DNA of 64,000 nt from Isurus oxyrinchus (lineage: Eukaryota). Below, piece after piece: positions 13,635-27,990 of this stretch. The stretch covers positions 100,812,001 to 100,876,000 of the forward strand of contig JANJGN010000021.1 in the NCBI GenBank assembly GCA_026770705.1, given 5' to 3'. Position numbers and translations under genes: made by a program. Below the pieces are notes generated by a model. That model had not been told where the DNA came from, ran no database searches, and saw only the letters and a list, made by a program, of their open reading frames with translations. Position 1 is the stretch's first letter; each line of letters opens with the position of its first letter.

Positions 13635-14085
13635 CTTGTCTTATGAGGAAAGGTTGGATAGACTGGGCCTACATCCATTGGAGTTTAGAAGATTGAGAGA
13701 TGATCTTATTGAAACATATAAGACCCTGAATTCTCAGGGTAGATGTGGAGAGGATGTTTCGCCCTGTGGGAGAGACTAGAACTAGGGGACACAGTTTAAA
13801 AATAAAGGGTCTCCCATTTAAGACGGAGATGAGGAGAAATGTTTTTTCTCAGAGGGTTGTAAATCTTTGGAACTCTCTTCCCTGGAGAGCAGTCTAGGCA
13901 GGGCCAATTAATATTTTTAAGGCAGGGGTGGATAGATTCTTGACCAACTAGGGAGTCAAAGGTTATTGGGGGATAGGCGGAATGTGGAGTTGAGGCCACA
14001 ATCAGATCAGCCACAATCTTATTGGTTGGCAGAGCAGGCTCTAGGGGCCGAATGGCCTACTCTTGCTCCTAATTCGTATGCGTGT
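13635..14085 (+). mobile_element. CR1 3' fragment
   Basis: LSYEERLDRLGL..LEFRRLR motif and CR1 3' UTR. Confidence 0.85.
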
Positions 14086-15962
14086 ATTTTCATAAGTTGC
14101 ACAATTGTCATTCTGCCACACTGAGCCAGCCTAATAAATAACTTTAAAAAATAGTTTAAAGTGTAATACATCACCTGCTACTTTTACTAAGGCTGCTATT
14201 TAAAGAGCAAGATTGTACTTTTCTCTGCTCGTGGGTTTCTAGGCAGAAGGTCACTGTAAAATTTCTCGGATGGCTTTCCCATGGGGTGCCTGCCCGGCCG
14301 ACAGGTATGCATCTATCAGGCTGGACATGGAAACCTGCACCTAGAAACACCACTTAGGAGCATCAGATTGACACGGGTCACTTACTGTGTCCCTGGTCAG
14401 GCTCAAGATCAACTCCCTCAGTCACTGAGATGCTAGTGTATCACTTGACTTCATGACATCGGGCGCAGTGTTTGGGAGCAGGGCAGAAAAACGCGATCAG
14501 GAGAACTGCTCAAGTGGAGGGTAAGCATCAGGAATACTGTGTATCAGAGAATCAAAACAGACCAGGAAGACTTTAAAAAGGAGCTTTGCATTTGCATTTG
14601 TGAGCCTTGCTTTGTGGAATGCTTTAGCATTTGGTGAGAATGTTGACCCAGTGAAATCTTGCCCCTGTGGGATGACATTGCCTGAATAGTTATTATAATA
14701 TCTTGTTGGAGCAGTAAGGTGCCACGTGTACCGTGTATAACAATATTTGCAGCATCTGATCATAATCCAGTGGCCCAGTGAGACAGAAGGGTATTTAGCT
14801 TTCCAAAAGGCTGCCATATGAAACAATGTGTTACACAACATAAGGGCTCATGGGGTTATTATGGATAGGGTTTTTTTTTTGCAGGGGGCTGGTGAGGAGG
14901 GGTGGTGCTGGGATTGATTAAAGAATAGAAAAGAGGGCGTGGGAATAAACGGGTCATTTTCAGGTTGACAGGCTGGTCAGTGCTAGAGCCACAGCTCTTT
15001 ATAATTTATACCAATGACTTAGACGAAGAGTTCGAGTGCAATGTCTTCAGGTTTTCTGCTGACACAAAGCTAGGTGGGAAAGTGAGGATGACACAGAGGC
15101 TGCTAAAGGGTTAAGTGACATTGTAAGTGACTGGGGAAGCAAATGACAGGTGGTAATATAGCACAGAGGACTGTGATGGTGCACACTTTGGTGGCAAAAA
15201 CAGAATATATCTTAACTGGTGAGAAACTATTGGTTTTCAGAGAGATCCAGGTGTCCTTGTTCACACATCAAAGAAAGCTAACATGCACATATAACCAAGA
15301 ATTTTTTTCCCTTTATTCTTTCACAGGATGTGGGTGCCACTGGCAAGGCCAACATTTGTTGCCCATCCCTACTTGCCCTTGAACTGAGTGGCTTGCTAGG
15401 CCATTTCAGAGTCAACCACATTGCTGGGCATCTGGAGTCACAAGTAGGCCAGACCAGGCAAGGGCAGCAGATCTCCTTCCCTAAAAGTGAATCAGATGGG
15501 CTTTTACAACAATCAGTGAGAGTACTCATGGTCACCATTACTGAGATTAGCTTTACATGCCAGATTTATTAATTGAATTCAAATTCTAGTAGTGGGATTT
15601 GAACCCACGTCCCCCCACAGGATTATGTCTCTGGATTACCAGTCCAGTGACATTACCTCTATGCCACCCTTGCCCCCTTAGTTAGGAATGTAAATAGCAT
15701 GTTGACCTTTATAGAAAAGGGATTGAAGCATGGGAAAGGAAATCCTACTGCAACTGTACAAGGCTTTAGTAACATCACACCTGGAGTACTGTGTGCATTT
15801 CTGATCTCCATACCTCAGGAAGGAGACGGTGTAAAAAATGTTCACCAGATAATGGCTGAGCAGGCCCAAGGGGCCAAATGGGTGACTTCTGCTTCTATTT
15901 CTTATGGTCTTGAGACAGGGAAGGACAGAAGGACAAAGGGGTCAAGAAAAAGAGGAAGCGTC

Positions 15963-15984
15963 TGAGAGAGAGAGAGAGAGAGAC

Positions 15985-16021
<37 letters not shown>

Positions 16022-16037
16022 GAGAGACAGACAGAGA
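15963..16037 (+). repeat. (GA)n/(GACA)n microsatellite; other simple repeats at 17763-17794 (GT)n, 25340-25720 GA-rich, 31900-32700 cryptic GT, 33242-33263 (CA)n, 49860-50130 (ATCC)-like
   Basis: Direct reading. Confidence 0.9.
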
Positions 16038-16699
16038 GGGAGTGACCAAGGGAGAGTGCAGAAGGAACTTTATCTAACCCCATACTATACCTGCCCTCCA
16101 GCTGTTGGATGAGACACATTGACAAGAGTTCTGAATTGGGCTGTAATGGAGCAGAGTATGTTCGATATACAGCAAATAAAAAGGGAGTGATTTACTCCTA
16201 CTTATATTTCTCAGTGTCAGCTCCGAACAGGAATTAGGGACAGGACAAGGTAATTTGCCATCCCCACCCACCCTGAGCTTTTTACACCATTTATGGGAAT
16301 GATGGCTGCTCTGTAATCTAACTCCACATGCCTGCCATTTCTCCATATCCCTTTATAACTTTGGTTAACAAAAAACCTATCAAGCTCAGATTTAAAATTA
16401 ACAATTGACATAGGCTCAATTGACATTTGCCAAAGCGAGTTCCAATGCTGATGTAAAACACTGTTGGGGGTGCACTCTTACAGATGAGATGCAAAATTGA
16501 GGCACTGTCTACCATCTCATTTGGACGTACGAGATCTCACACCAGGGTATTGAGATGAGATGGGCAGTCTTCCCTCGTGTCCTCAGCTAAAACTGCTTTA
16601 AATGAAAGATTGCATTCATTATCCTATTGCCCTGCATGTTCTTTCCATGGGGATATTGGCCCCAGACCTCTCACAGAAACTAAGAGTTGGCTTTTCAGC

Positions 16700-17330
16700 C
16701 TTTTGAGCCTGCTCTGTCATTCGATATGATCACGGCTGATCCTCTATCTCAATGCCATATTCCTGCTTTCTCTCCATACCCCTTGATGTCCCTAATATCC
16801 AAAGAATGATCAATTTCTTTCTGAATATGCTCAGTGACCTGGCATCCACAGCCTTCTGTGGTGGAGAATTCCATAGGTTGACCACCCTCTGAGTGAAGAA
16901 ATTTTTTCTCATCTCAGTCCTAAATTGGCCTGCCCCATATCCTGAGACTGTAGCCCCTGTTTTGAGACTCCCCAACCAGGGGAAAAATCCTCCTTGCATC
17001 TAGTCTGTCTAGCCCTGTTAGAATTTTATACATTTCATTCAGATCCCCTCTCATTCTTCTAAACGCTAGTGAATACAGGCCCAGTCAGCCCAATCTCTGC
17101 TCATACGGCAGTCCTGCCATCCCTGGTATCAGTCCAGTAAACATTTGCTGCAATCCCTCTATGGCAAGTATATCCTTTCTTAGGTAGGGAGACCAAAACT
17201 GCACGCAATACTCCAGGTGTGGTCTCACCAAGGCCTTGTCTAACTGCAGCAAGACATCCCTACTTATGAACTCAAATCCTCTTGCAATGAAGGTCAATAT
17301 ACTATTTGCCTTCCTAACTGCTTGCTGCTC
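16700..17330 (-). mobile_element. CR1 3' fragment
   Basis: LVRPHLEYCVQFWSP, FFTQRVVNLWN. Confidence 0.88.
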
Positions 17331-17419
17331 TGTTTAAACTGTTCCATTATTGCACATTCCCATTGAAAGAGGTGGGATCCTTCTCCATGTTTAAAATGGA
17401 GGGTGTTCCCCCTGTAAGA

Positions 17420-17758
17420 ATAAAATGGTGATGGAAACAGCTGGTTTTAGTGATGTCATGAACATGAGGTCAGAAACTTATCCAGGGGTCAAATGTGACA
17501 CCAAAGTTGTGAACAGAGTGGCTTAATCTCAGACTGTTGTCAGGGAGGGGAACTGGGTTGGTAATTAGGAAGTGTAACTTGGAGTGGAGTCCAAAGACAG
17601 TGGCTTCATTCTTTCAAGTATTTAATTGGATGAAACCTCAGCTCATCCAATACTGGATGTTAATTAAGCAGTGTGGTCATTTAGCAACAGTGGAAAAGTT
17701 GTGTGAGAATGGATTTTTTAAATATATATTTTGGGGAATATTGTGTTATTCTGTAAAG

Positions 17759-17795
<37 letters not shown>

Positions 17796-19740
17796 TGTGA
17801 TTTAACTAAGCTGGGCAGAGTTGATAGGAATCAGGTTGTCTGCAGTTTTGGAAACACAAAAAGGAGATGGATCTGAAGTTGAGGCATAAGTAAATAGGTT
17901 AGATCTAACATTTGCATTTTTAGATGAGTTGAGAAGTTGTTTGAATTTCAGAGGAGTCAGAGGTTAAAGGAAAATGTTTGCATCTTGCAGGAGTCCATGG
18001 GTAAATAGTAGCAGGGATATTATATTTTTATTGACCCAAAAGCAAAGACAAGATGGAAACAAGAAAGATCTTATATTTGGAAGGGTTTGAGTTTCAAAGG
18101 GGTGTGAGAACAATGGGACTGAGATGAAAGGGGTATAAGGTATATTAGAGTTAATGTGGATAACTGGTTTTTAGCTATTGAGCTGGAGAGATGGCTGTAT
18201 AGCTGTTAAGCTGGAGATGGCTGGAGATAACTGGAGCTGTTTGAACAGCTGAGAAATCTTGGGCTGTAGAAAACAGTTTTATTCTGAAGTGAATTCCACA
18301 CCATGAAGTTGAACAGGGTAAAGGTCATGTGGTACACCTTTATTGAAGCTACAACAGTTTGCCTTGTGTGATATTACTAGATTTTTCATATTTAAACATT
18401 TGTAAGGGAGTGTTGCCTGGAAGGTGTTTACTTGTGGGTTTGACCAAGTTGAGAGTTTTCAGGGAATGTTTTGTAAGATTAACCTTAATTGTGTAACTGT
18501 AATCATGTGGGCTTAAGCTTTCTTTTGTTACTGAAACTTTTACTTGTAAATTTAAAAAACCCAAAAGTCTTACTGGACCTCTTACTGCTAAGATCAGTAC
18601 ATCTTCTTCTCATTATCAGACTGCAAAATAAAAGGTTATGGCCCATAAGCCAAGTTTCCCTCTGGGATTTGGTTTGTGCAGCAATTAACACCGGCTGTGG
18701 TCATTAGAGTTGAGAGAGCTGGTTTTGAAGTAGAGCTGGGTGTCATCAGCATTCATATGGAAATTTTGGATGATGTCACCAAGGAGCAGTGTGTATATGA
18801 TAAAAAGGAAGGAGGCAAGGGTAGATCCTTGAAGGACACCAGAGGTAGCGGTGCAGGAGCAAGAAGAGGAATCATTGTGGGTGTTTCTCTGGCTATACGA
18901 TTAGATAGATAAGAATGGAACCGGATGAGAGCAGTCCCACCCAGCTGGACAACAGTGGTGAGGCATTGGAGGAGGATGGTGTGATCGACCATATCAAAGG
19001 CTGCAGACAGGTCGAGAAGGAGGAGGAGGGAATGTTTACCTTTGTCACAGTCATATCAGATGTCGTTTCTGACTTTGGTAAGAGTTGGGCAGAAACCTGA
19101 TTGGAGGGATCAAGCATGGAAATCCAGGAGAGATGGGTGTGGACCTGTGAGGCAACAACACATTCAAATACTTTGGAGAGGAAAGAAAGGTTGGAGATGG
19201 GATGGTAGTTTGCAAAGGCAGTGATGTCAAAGATTGTTTTTTTTTTGAGCATAGGGGTGTTGATGACAGATTGAAAAGAGAGAGGGTCAACACCTAAAGA
19301 GAGGGAACTGTTTACAAAATCGGCGAACACGGGGGCCTGCAAGTGAAGTTGAGTGACAGAGCAATTTAGTAGGAATAGGGTTGAGGGTGTAGGAGGCAGG
19401 TCACATGGACAAGATGAGTTCAGCGAGGGCATGGGGTAGGTAGAAGAGAAATTAGAGAAAGATACGATTTCAGGGCATATGGCAGGGGGGAGCATTAGAG
19501 GAAGTTGGACCCAGTGGGCTAGTGAAAGGGAAGGACATAGCAGTGGCAGCTGATCAGATTGTCAAGATCTTAATGACAAAGAAGGCCATGAGCTCCTCAC
19601 ACTTTTGGTTGGGGGTGAACATGGAGGGGACAGTGGAGAGGGTTTAAGAAGATGGTTTGAAATAGAGAAAAGAATGCTAGGGGTGGTGGGGGGGGTGGGT
19701 GGAAGTTATCTTTGCAGTCCAGGATGACCCCAGGAATAGC
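17420..19740 (-). mobile_element. L2 LINE fragment interrupted by a solo LTR
   Basis: ANYHPISNLSFLSKVFE; [15 protein letters not shown]. Confidence 0.7.
17702..18708 (+). mobile_element. Solo LTR
   Basis: Starts TGTGAG, AATAAA near 18627, 4-bp TSD GTTG (17698-17701 and 18709-18712) within L2. Confidence 0.6.
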
Positions 19741-20321
19741 GAGCAGTTCTAGCAGACGGGAGCAGGACCCAATAATGTTTGATACAGTCGAGCTACACCC
19801 ATTGCCTGCCTTATCCTTCCAAATATTGGATCTAGTGAGCAGAGGTGAGGGCCATAGTAGGTGGAGAGAGAAAGAGAGAAAGAGAGACAGGGAGAGAGAA
19901 GGAGAGAGAGAGTTATGGTTTTATTGGAGGATTGGGCATCAAAGATGGAGGGGAGAGTGTGGTTGAGATAATCTGTAGCTGTAAAAGGAAGTACTGGGTT
20001 GTTTGGTGGAGAGTGAGTCAAGGACCAGAACAGAGATGGTCTAGCTGCAGTTGCTTACATGAGACTAGCAAGGTGGTATGGATAACAGGATGGCTGGAAA
20101 AAAGGATTCCCTATTATATAATGTAGGCTGTCTATTCTCCTACTTGATAGAGGAGGGCTGCTCACTGGCATGGGGGTTTCACAGAGGAAGCTGTTCATGA
20201 GGGACATTATGTACTCGGATGGAAATTGGAAGGGGGCCTCTACAGGGCAGGGAGGGGAGATGGAGGGGTGGCAGTGGGGGAGCACTGTTCCTCATTCAGG
20301 GGAATTAAAATGTGCTATTCA

Positions 20322-21190
20322 CAGGGAGGCCCTGGGCAAAACTGGAGTCAATGGGAATCAGAGGGAAAGCTCTCCGCGGGTTGGAGCCATACTTAGCATA
20401 AAGGAAGATGGTTGTGGTTGTTGGAGGTCAATCATCTCAGATCCAGGACATCATGCAGAGAATCTAGCCATTGCCCCTTGACATTCAAAGGCATTACCAT
20501 CACTGAATCCACCACTATCAACATCCAGGGGGTTACCATTGACCAAAAACGGAACTGGACTAGCCATATAAATACTGTGGCTACAAGAGTAGGTCAGAGG
20601 CTAGGAATCGTGCAATAAGTAACTCATCTCCTGAATCCCCAAAGCCTGTCCACTATTGACAAGGCACAAATCAGGAGTGTGAAGGGATACTCCCCAAATG
20701 CCTGGATGAGTGCAGCCCCAACAACATTCAAGAAGCTTGCAGCCATCCAGGATGAAGTTGCCCACCGGATTGGCACCTCATCCACAATCATGCACTCCCT
20801 CCACCCGACAGGCAGTGGCAGCAGTGTGTACTATCTACAAGATGCACTGCAGAAACTCACCAAAGCTCCTTGAATAGCACCTTCCAAACCCACAACCACA
20901 CCAACCTCCAAGGAAAAGGACAGCAGATACATGGGAACAGCACCACTTGGAAGTTCCCCTCCAAGTAACTCACCATCCTGACTTGGGAATATATCACCGT
21001 TCCTTCACTGTCACTGGGTCAACATCCTGGAACTCCCTCTCTAACAGCACAGTGGATGTACCTACACCACATGGACTGCAGTGGTTTATGAAGGCAGCTC
21101 ACCATCACCTTCTCAAGGGCAATTAGGGATGGGCAATAAATGCTGGCCTAGCCAGCAACACCCACATCCCATGAATGAACATAAAAAAAA
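20322..21190 (+). mobile_element. CR1-group LINE 3' fragment, same family as 1-5612
   Basis: Homologous to 4535-5612 with an internal deletion. Confidence 0.85.
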
Positions 21191-21627
21191 TAAGTTAATG
21201 TTTAAAATGGGTTCACAGACAGACAAATGGAGAGAGAGAAAAGGATAGAGAGTGAGAAAAAGAGAGAGAGAGAAAGGACAAAAAAAGATGAAGGAGACAG
21301 AGAAAGAGGAAGAGGCTGTAACTAAAGACAGATCACAGAGTAGGTGGGGAATTAGACCAGGGGCTATTCACTCAGGGAAAGGGAGTGAAATTAGATTGGA
21401 GCTGTTCACTATCAGGGGGTTTAGAAGGTGGCTGTTCACATGGGGGAAATAATTGTCAGGAGGGAATAAATACGATGAGTAGTTTCAGGTGGTAGAACTG
21501 TGGGGTGGGGCTGGTCAGGGGATTGATGGTGGAGGGCAGGAAACAATTGCTGGAGGCCGAAAGGCCCAATGTAAGGGCAGGGCTGGAGGGAAATGGAAAG
21601 AAAGAGGCCAGAGAGAGAGAGAGACCC

Positions 21628-22509
21628 AAACACTCCTTTCAAGTGAGCAGCATTTTACTTGCACTTCCCTCAATTTAGTGTACTGCATTCGTTGCTCCCA
21701 ATGTGTTGCTCCTCTACATTGGAGAGACCAAACGCAGACTGGGTGACTGCTTTGTGGAACACCTTCGGTCTGTCTACAAGCATGACCCAGACCTCCCTGT
21801 TGCTTGCCATTTCAACACACCACCCTGCTCTCATGCCCACATGTCCATCCTTGGCCTGTTGCAATGTTCCAGTGAAGCTCAACACAAACTGGAGGAACAG
21901 CACCTTATCTTCCAACTAGGCACTTTACAGCCTTCCAGACTTAATATTGAGTTCAACAACTTCAGATCATGAACTCTCTCCTCCATCCCCACCCCCTTTC
22001 TGATCCCCCTTTTCCAATAATTTATAATTATTTATTTATTTTATATATTTTTTTTTCTTTTCTCACCTATTCCCATTATTTTTAAATGTATTTCCATCCA
22101 TTGTTTTATCTCTTCAGCCTATTTCAATCTCTTCCCCCCACCCCACCACCACTAGGGTTATGTCACTTGCTTGTCCTGCTTTCTACTCTTAATGTCACCA
22201 TTGGCACATTCCACAGCTAATATCACCACCATCAATACTCCTTTGTCCTTTTGTCTATGATATCTTTGACAATCTCTTCTTTGCCTCCACCCCATCACTG
22301 GCCCTCTATCCAGCTCTAGCTGTCCCAACCCCTTCAACCAGCTTAGATTTCACCTCATTTCTATATTTCTTAGTTCTGATGAAGAGTCATATGGGCTCAA
22401 AACTTTGACTGTGTTCCTCTCCGCAGATGCTGTCAGACCTGCTGAGTTTTTCCAGGTATTTTTGTTTTTGTTTCAGATTTCCAGCATCTGCAGTATTTTG
22501 CTTTTATCT
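21628..22509 (+). mobile_element. Penelope 3' end (GIY-YIG + pseudo-LTR with degenerate hammerhead at 22372-22410)
   Basis: YIGETKRRLGD; homologous to 3610-4484. Confidence 0.9.
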
Positions 22510-25330
22510 TAGGATAATGTGGTACTGGGTAAACAGTACTGCCCACATTGTAATGTAGAGAGTCACACGATAGTGGACTGAGCATGGAGAGAGTCTGATA
22601 GAAATCAGCACAAAGCTTGCTCCCAGCTGGGCTATACTTTGTACATATGTATATTGTTATGTTTTATCAATAAAGACTTAACATTCAACATTACAAGCCT
22701 CTGAACATCTCTGTGTCACATACTAACAACATTACAACATGGTGGCAGCTGATGAAGGACCCCAGAATCCCAAGGCATGAAACAAAATTTAAAAACTGCA
22801 GCCTGAGAAGAGCGAGTGCAACTAATTTGAAGAGACAGCTGGAGTTTCCTTTAAAAAGCTCCACTGCAGACGTGGAGGCTGAAAGGTAGACGGAAGATCC
22901 ACTGTGCAGTTGAAAAGGACCCCAGTAGAGCATGTGGAGGTCCATTGCGGGTCCCAATTGAATGCAGAGTCATAGGGCCTAGTCAGATTGCAAGGATGAG
23001 TGGAAACATTCAGTGAAAAGACTGAACTAACCTTTTAAAAATAATCAGGGAAAGGAAACCAATTAATCAATCAGCACAGCTAGAAGAACATTGCAGCTTA
23101 GGTCCAGAATTGGTGCCGTATCACATGGTGGCCAAGCTCTATTGAAAAAAAGTTTTAAAAACGGTAGCCAGAGCCAAAAATTGCATTCCAATTGCTTAGA
23201 ATACTAGTTGGCCCAAACTGCTGAATTTCTTAATTTCCTGCAGAACTGATAACTTTTTAAAATGGCTCTGAGATTGCAACAAGAGCCTGCCAAAACTTGC
23301 CAAGTGTGGAAAGAAGAGAAAAAAATGGTTACTGCAGTGCCATCTTTAGAATAGAAACAAGATTTAAAACTGTACTCCCTGTGCAACAGCCATGGATAGT
23401 AAATCAACCCTACCAGATCAATTTGGGTTGACGAAAGGGCCAAACCAGATGCAAAATTAGGCATCATGGAGAAGAAAATTTTTAAGTTACCAGAGTACAT
23501 CAGGATTAAGTAGGAAATCATAAGAAGTCCAGGTTAATACTTCTTAAATACTTAATTTTTTTTATTTAAATACTTTTTTGGTGAACTTGCTGATGAAGTA
23601 ACCCTAATACAAGGCATTGGTGAATCCTCAATCATGTTTGATGAGATAGTAAAAGCCTTTGACAAGCATTTTAATCTTCAAGTTGTGGAGCATGCAGAGC
23701 TTAAAATGAAGGATAGAACAAACCCAATAAAGCAAAAAAATGACCAAAAGACAATACCCAAGCAAACCACACCATGATGGCAGACCATGTCAGCACATTG
23801 AAGTGCATGAGCTGATGAGTTTAGTGCAGATGAAAGAAAAGAGTGAGAGGCAGCTGGAAGGCTTAAAAATAGAGCTTTTTGAAAATGCCGACATATTACC
23901 CAAACTGCAACAGCAGGAGCCAGTGCTGAGCAGGCAGCTGGCTCTGCATGGAGGGAAAGTTGTAGAGTGTTCCAAGCTGCAAGCTGATATTAAAACCATG
24001 AGTAGCATGATTACAGAACTAAAACAAATTAAGACTTCACCTTGTAGAAGAAAATTCATTGGAGACAGGCCTGGCTAACAGTGAAACCAAAATGAAGGAC
24101 AAGGACTAAGTTGTGCTGCAGACGGAGAAAGAAAAGGCATCAGTAAGATGGGAAAATGTAATTCTGAAGCTGAAGATCCAGAAATGAGAAGGAAAAGCAC
24201 TAGATGCCTCAAACTTGCGGAAAGCCAGTGAGCCATTGAAAAATGAAATGGCTGAAATGACAATCAAGAACCTAGAATGTCAAGGAAAAGTTGAACATTT
24301 GCAAGAGAAAGTAGAATTTCTCACAAATGAGCATGAATAGTCTCAGAAACAATTAGCAGAGGTGAAATTACAGAATGCGAGCTGGAAGGAAAGAACTGAG
24401 GAATTAGGCTCTGTTCAGGGAAAAAAACTGATCAGTGTAGAGAACCAACTCTCATGTATGAGAGGCTTGTGTTAGTGTGTATGAGGGAGTGGGTGGGGGT
24501 GTGGGGGGTGTTATGGGGAGAAGGGGTAGCACATAAAGAAACATTGTATTGTAAAGTGGGAGGCGTAGTATAAGGGTGCTTGGCATAACAAGTGTTAAGG
24601 TGGGACTAGGGAAATAGTACTACTAGAAAGTCACATGATAGTGGACTGAGTGTGGAGAGAGCCTGGTAGAAGTCGGCATAAAGTTAGCTCCTAGTCTGGG
24701 CTACACTGGGCTTATCAAAGGGAAAGCAAAGTACAGTTTGACTCCAGGATGTTGTGTATGAAGACTTTTAATTCTGACTGGTTTACAGCAGGCGGTGTGT
24801 ACTGTGGATAATAATGATGTCCTCCCACTTAAGTAGTAAAGATAACAATGCCCCACCCAATAAGACCCAGTAGTCCATTGCCAGTCATTTTCAAATTCAG
24901 CTTCTCCCCAAGCCCCATCCCTCATGTTTTACTCAAGTGAAGTAGTCAAGTGTAGAATATTTTAAGTCAAAGAAGCAATAGAGACATGAGGAAAAACTTT
25001 TTTGTGCAACAGATGGTTAAGATCTGGAGTGCACTGCCTGAGTGTGTGGTGGAGGCAGGTTTAATCGAGGCTAAAAGAGGGAATTGGATTATTTACCTGA
25101 GAAGGAAGAATGTGCAAATATATGGGAGAAGGCAGGGGAATAGCACAAGGTGAATTTACCATTCGGAGAGTCAGTGCAGGCACAATGGGCTGAATGGCTT
25201 CCTCCTGTGTTGTAATAATTCTATGATTCTGTGATACTTTGTACATATGCAGATGGTATGTGTTATCAACAAATGCTTACTGTTCGACCTTACAAGCCTC
25301 TGAACTACTTTGTGAGACCTATGAACAACA
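22510..25330 (+). mobile_element. Non-autonomous Gypsy-like LTR element (5' LTR ~22510-22739; 3' LTR ~24563-25330 interrupted at ~24707-25234)
   Basis: Homologous LTRs, CA end followed by PBS TGGTGGCAGC (22740-22749, tRNA-Leu-like), purine tract aaagtgggagg, gag-like remnant near 23392-23550. Confidence 0.7.
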
Positions 25331-26039
25331 AAAGCCAGAGAAAGTCAGAGAGAGAAAGCAAGAATGAAAGACACAGAGAGAGAGAGAAATCAGCAAAGTC
25401 AGAAAGCCAGAGAGAATGGGGTTGAGGGGGAAGGGTAGGGGGTGGAGGGTCTGGGTGGTAGGAGGAACCCAGGTAGAGAGGGTGACAGAGAAAACAAGCG
25501 AGAGAGGGAGCAAAAACTAGAGAGAGCAAGAGAGAGAGAGAGAGTGCGAGAGCGAGCAAGAGAGAGAAAGAGAGCAAGAGAGAGAGAGAGAAAGCAAGGG
25601 GAGGGAAGCCAAAAGAGCACAGATTAAAAGACCACCAAGATAGCGAAAGCAAAATGAGGAAAGGGGAAATCAAGAAAGTAGAAAAGAGAGAAGGATGAGA
25701 GAGTGAGATATGGGAGAAGGCGAGTAAAGAGGGAAAATATGGAGCCCATTACTCTCTGCCCACACACAGCAGACTGAGCTCTCCCACTGACCCACTCCCA
25801 GCTTCTGAGAACCATTTCCTCACAACACATGGGTACTTCCAGGGGACACAACTCAACCAATACCAGACAGGGACAAGGAGCTGAAACCAAACCAGCTAAA
25901 GATTCAGGCAGGATTCACTCCCAGACACACAGGGCGGAAACTCTGAGATACACCAGACACTGCCTCTCAGTCCCAGCACATAGTTTAGAGATAGACAGAA
26001 ACTACCACACACAGTTTTGAGGTACACAGGCCCTCACTG

Positions 26040-27780
26040 AATTGTGCAACACCATTAAATTAGCTGTTCTGTGAGACTGATTTTAAAACTAGACACCTTT
26101 TTGGTCCAAAAATATACTTGAGGACAGCAGGGCCATCTCCCAAGGCCACTCTTTAACCTCAGTTACCTCATGTGAAAGCTAAACTGGCCACCATAGGCAT
26201 ACATGATCCACAGTTTGCAAATGACTGCAGCATCATTGCCCACTCAGCACCAAATTTGCAAGCATTCACAATCTCTTCAATTCTGCATACAAGAAATTTG
26301 GCCTGTCCTTGAATGTTGCCAGGCAGAACTCATATATTGACCCCTAAATGATCAGCCAAATATTCCACCTCCCATATGTGCTGAAGGAGTGACACTGAAA
26401 TGAGTTGAGCACTTCCCATACCTTGGCAGCCACCTCTGTCGGAATATTGGCCTTTATTTCAAAGAGAATGGAGTATAAAATTGGGAAGCCTTGCTAAAAC
26501 TATACAAGGCACCAGTTAGGCCACACTTAGAATACTATGAACAGTTTTGGTCCGCTTATCTAAAGGAAAGATATACTGGCATTGGAGGCAGTCCAGAGAA
26601 GGTTCACTAAGTTGATTCTGGGTATGGAAGGATTTCCTTATGAGGAGAGGTTGAGTCGGTTGGGCCTGTACTCGTTGGAGTTTAGAAGAATGAGAGGTGA
26701 CCTTATTGAAACATATAAGTTTCTTGGGGGGGCTTGACAAGGTAGATAATGAGAGGTTGTTTTCCCTTGTGGGAGAGACTAGGACCGGAGGGCATAACCT
26801 TAGAGTAAGGGGCCACCCATTTAAAACAGAGATGAGGAGAAACTTCTTCCCTCAGAGGGTAGTGAATCTGTGGAATTCTTTATCGCAGAGGGTGGTAGAG
26901 GCTGGGTTGTTAAGTATATTCAAGGCTGAGATAGACAGATTTTTAATCAGTCAGGGAATCAAAGGTTATGGGGAAAAGGCAGGAAAGTGGAGTTGAGGAT
27001 TATCAGGTCAGTCATGATCTCATTGAATGGGCAAGCAGACTCAATGGGCCGAATGGCCTACTTCTGCTCCTATGTCTTATGGTCTTTGGTCACTGCTGAC
27101 GAGGAGATCCAACACTGGGTCAGTTGCTCAAGCTCAGCCTTCTACAAACTACAGCAACGAGTGCTTGACAACAAACACCTTCACAAGTCAACAACAGTGC
27201 TAGTGTACACAGCAGTTGCCGTCATCATACGCCTGTACTGCAGTGAGACCTGGACTGTGAATCAGCGACACAAGAGAAATTCCATCAACAATACCTCTGC
27301 CGCATCCTTCAGAACGGGAGGAACATTGAACAAATGCTAGTGTCCTACTTGAAGCAAGATCCACAAACATTCAGGCAAAACTCCTATAAAATTAATAATG
27401 ATAGACTGAATACTGTCTGGATCACCAAGAACTGTATCCCCTTCCAGGTCCTGGTTTCTTAACACTAAAATGGCCAACGGTCCAGCGGTGGGCAAAGAAA
27501 ATGCTTCAAAGACATTCTGAGGCTTGAAGTGAGGTGCATTGGCATTAATGACCAAATGGAGCTTGCTACAAATCATTCAAAAAATTGCAGCAATCTGTCC
27601 ATCAATCTGCATCACACTTTGAGTGACAGTGTCTTAACGATGAGGCAGAGCGGTGACAGAGAAGGAAAGGAAAGGAAGCAAGTCCTGCACTCCGGATCTC
27701 ACTTCCTTCTCTTGCCCTACGTGTCCAAAGGGATCTGCAGGTCAAGCATCGACCTGTTCAGTCACATGAAGATATAGGGG
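26040..27780 (+). mobile_element. RTE-clade LINE remnant interrupted by a CR1 (~26441-27085)
   Basis: HFPYLGS, DEEIQH..SSAFYKL, LYCSETWT; CR1 FFPQRVVNLWNSL. Confidence 0.75.
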
Positions 27781-27800
27781 AGGAAATTGAATAAACGTCA

Positions 27801-27990
27801 AAGGCAAAATGCTGCAGATGCTGGAAATCTAAAACAAAAACAAAAATGCTGGAAAAACTCAGCAGGTCTGACAGCATCTGCAGAAAGAAAGATAGAGTTA
27901 ACATTTCAAGTCCAAAGAAGAATCATACAGACTCGAAACATTGACTGTCTTTCTCTCCACGGATGCTGTAACACCTGCTGAGTTTTTCCT
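27801..27990. mobile_element. Short fold-back Penelope pLTR insertion
   Basis: Inverted pLTR ends; degenerate TSD gaataaacgtca / gagtaaatgtca. Confidence 0.7.
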
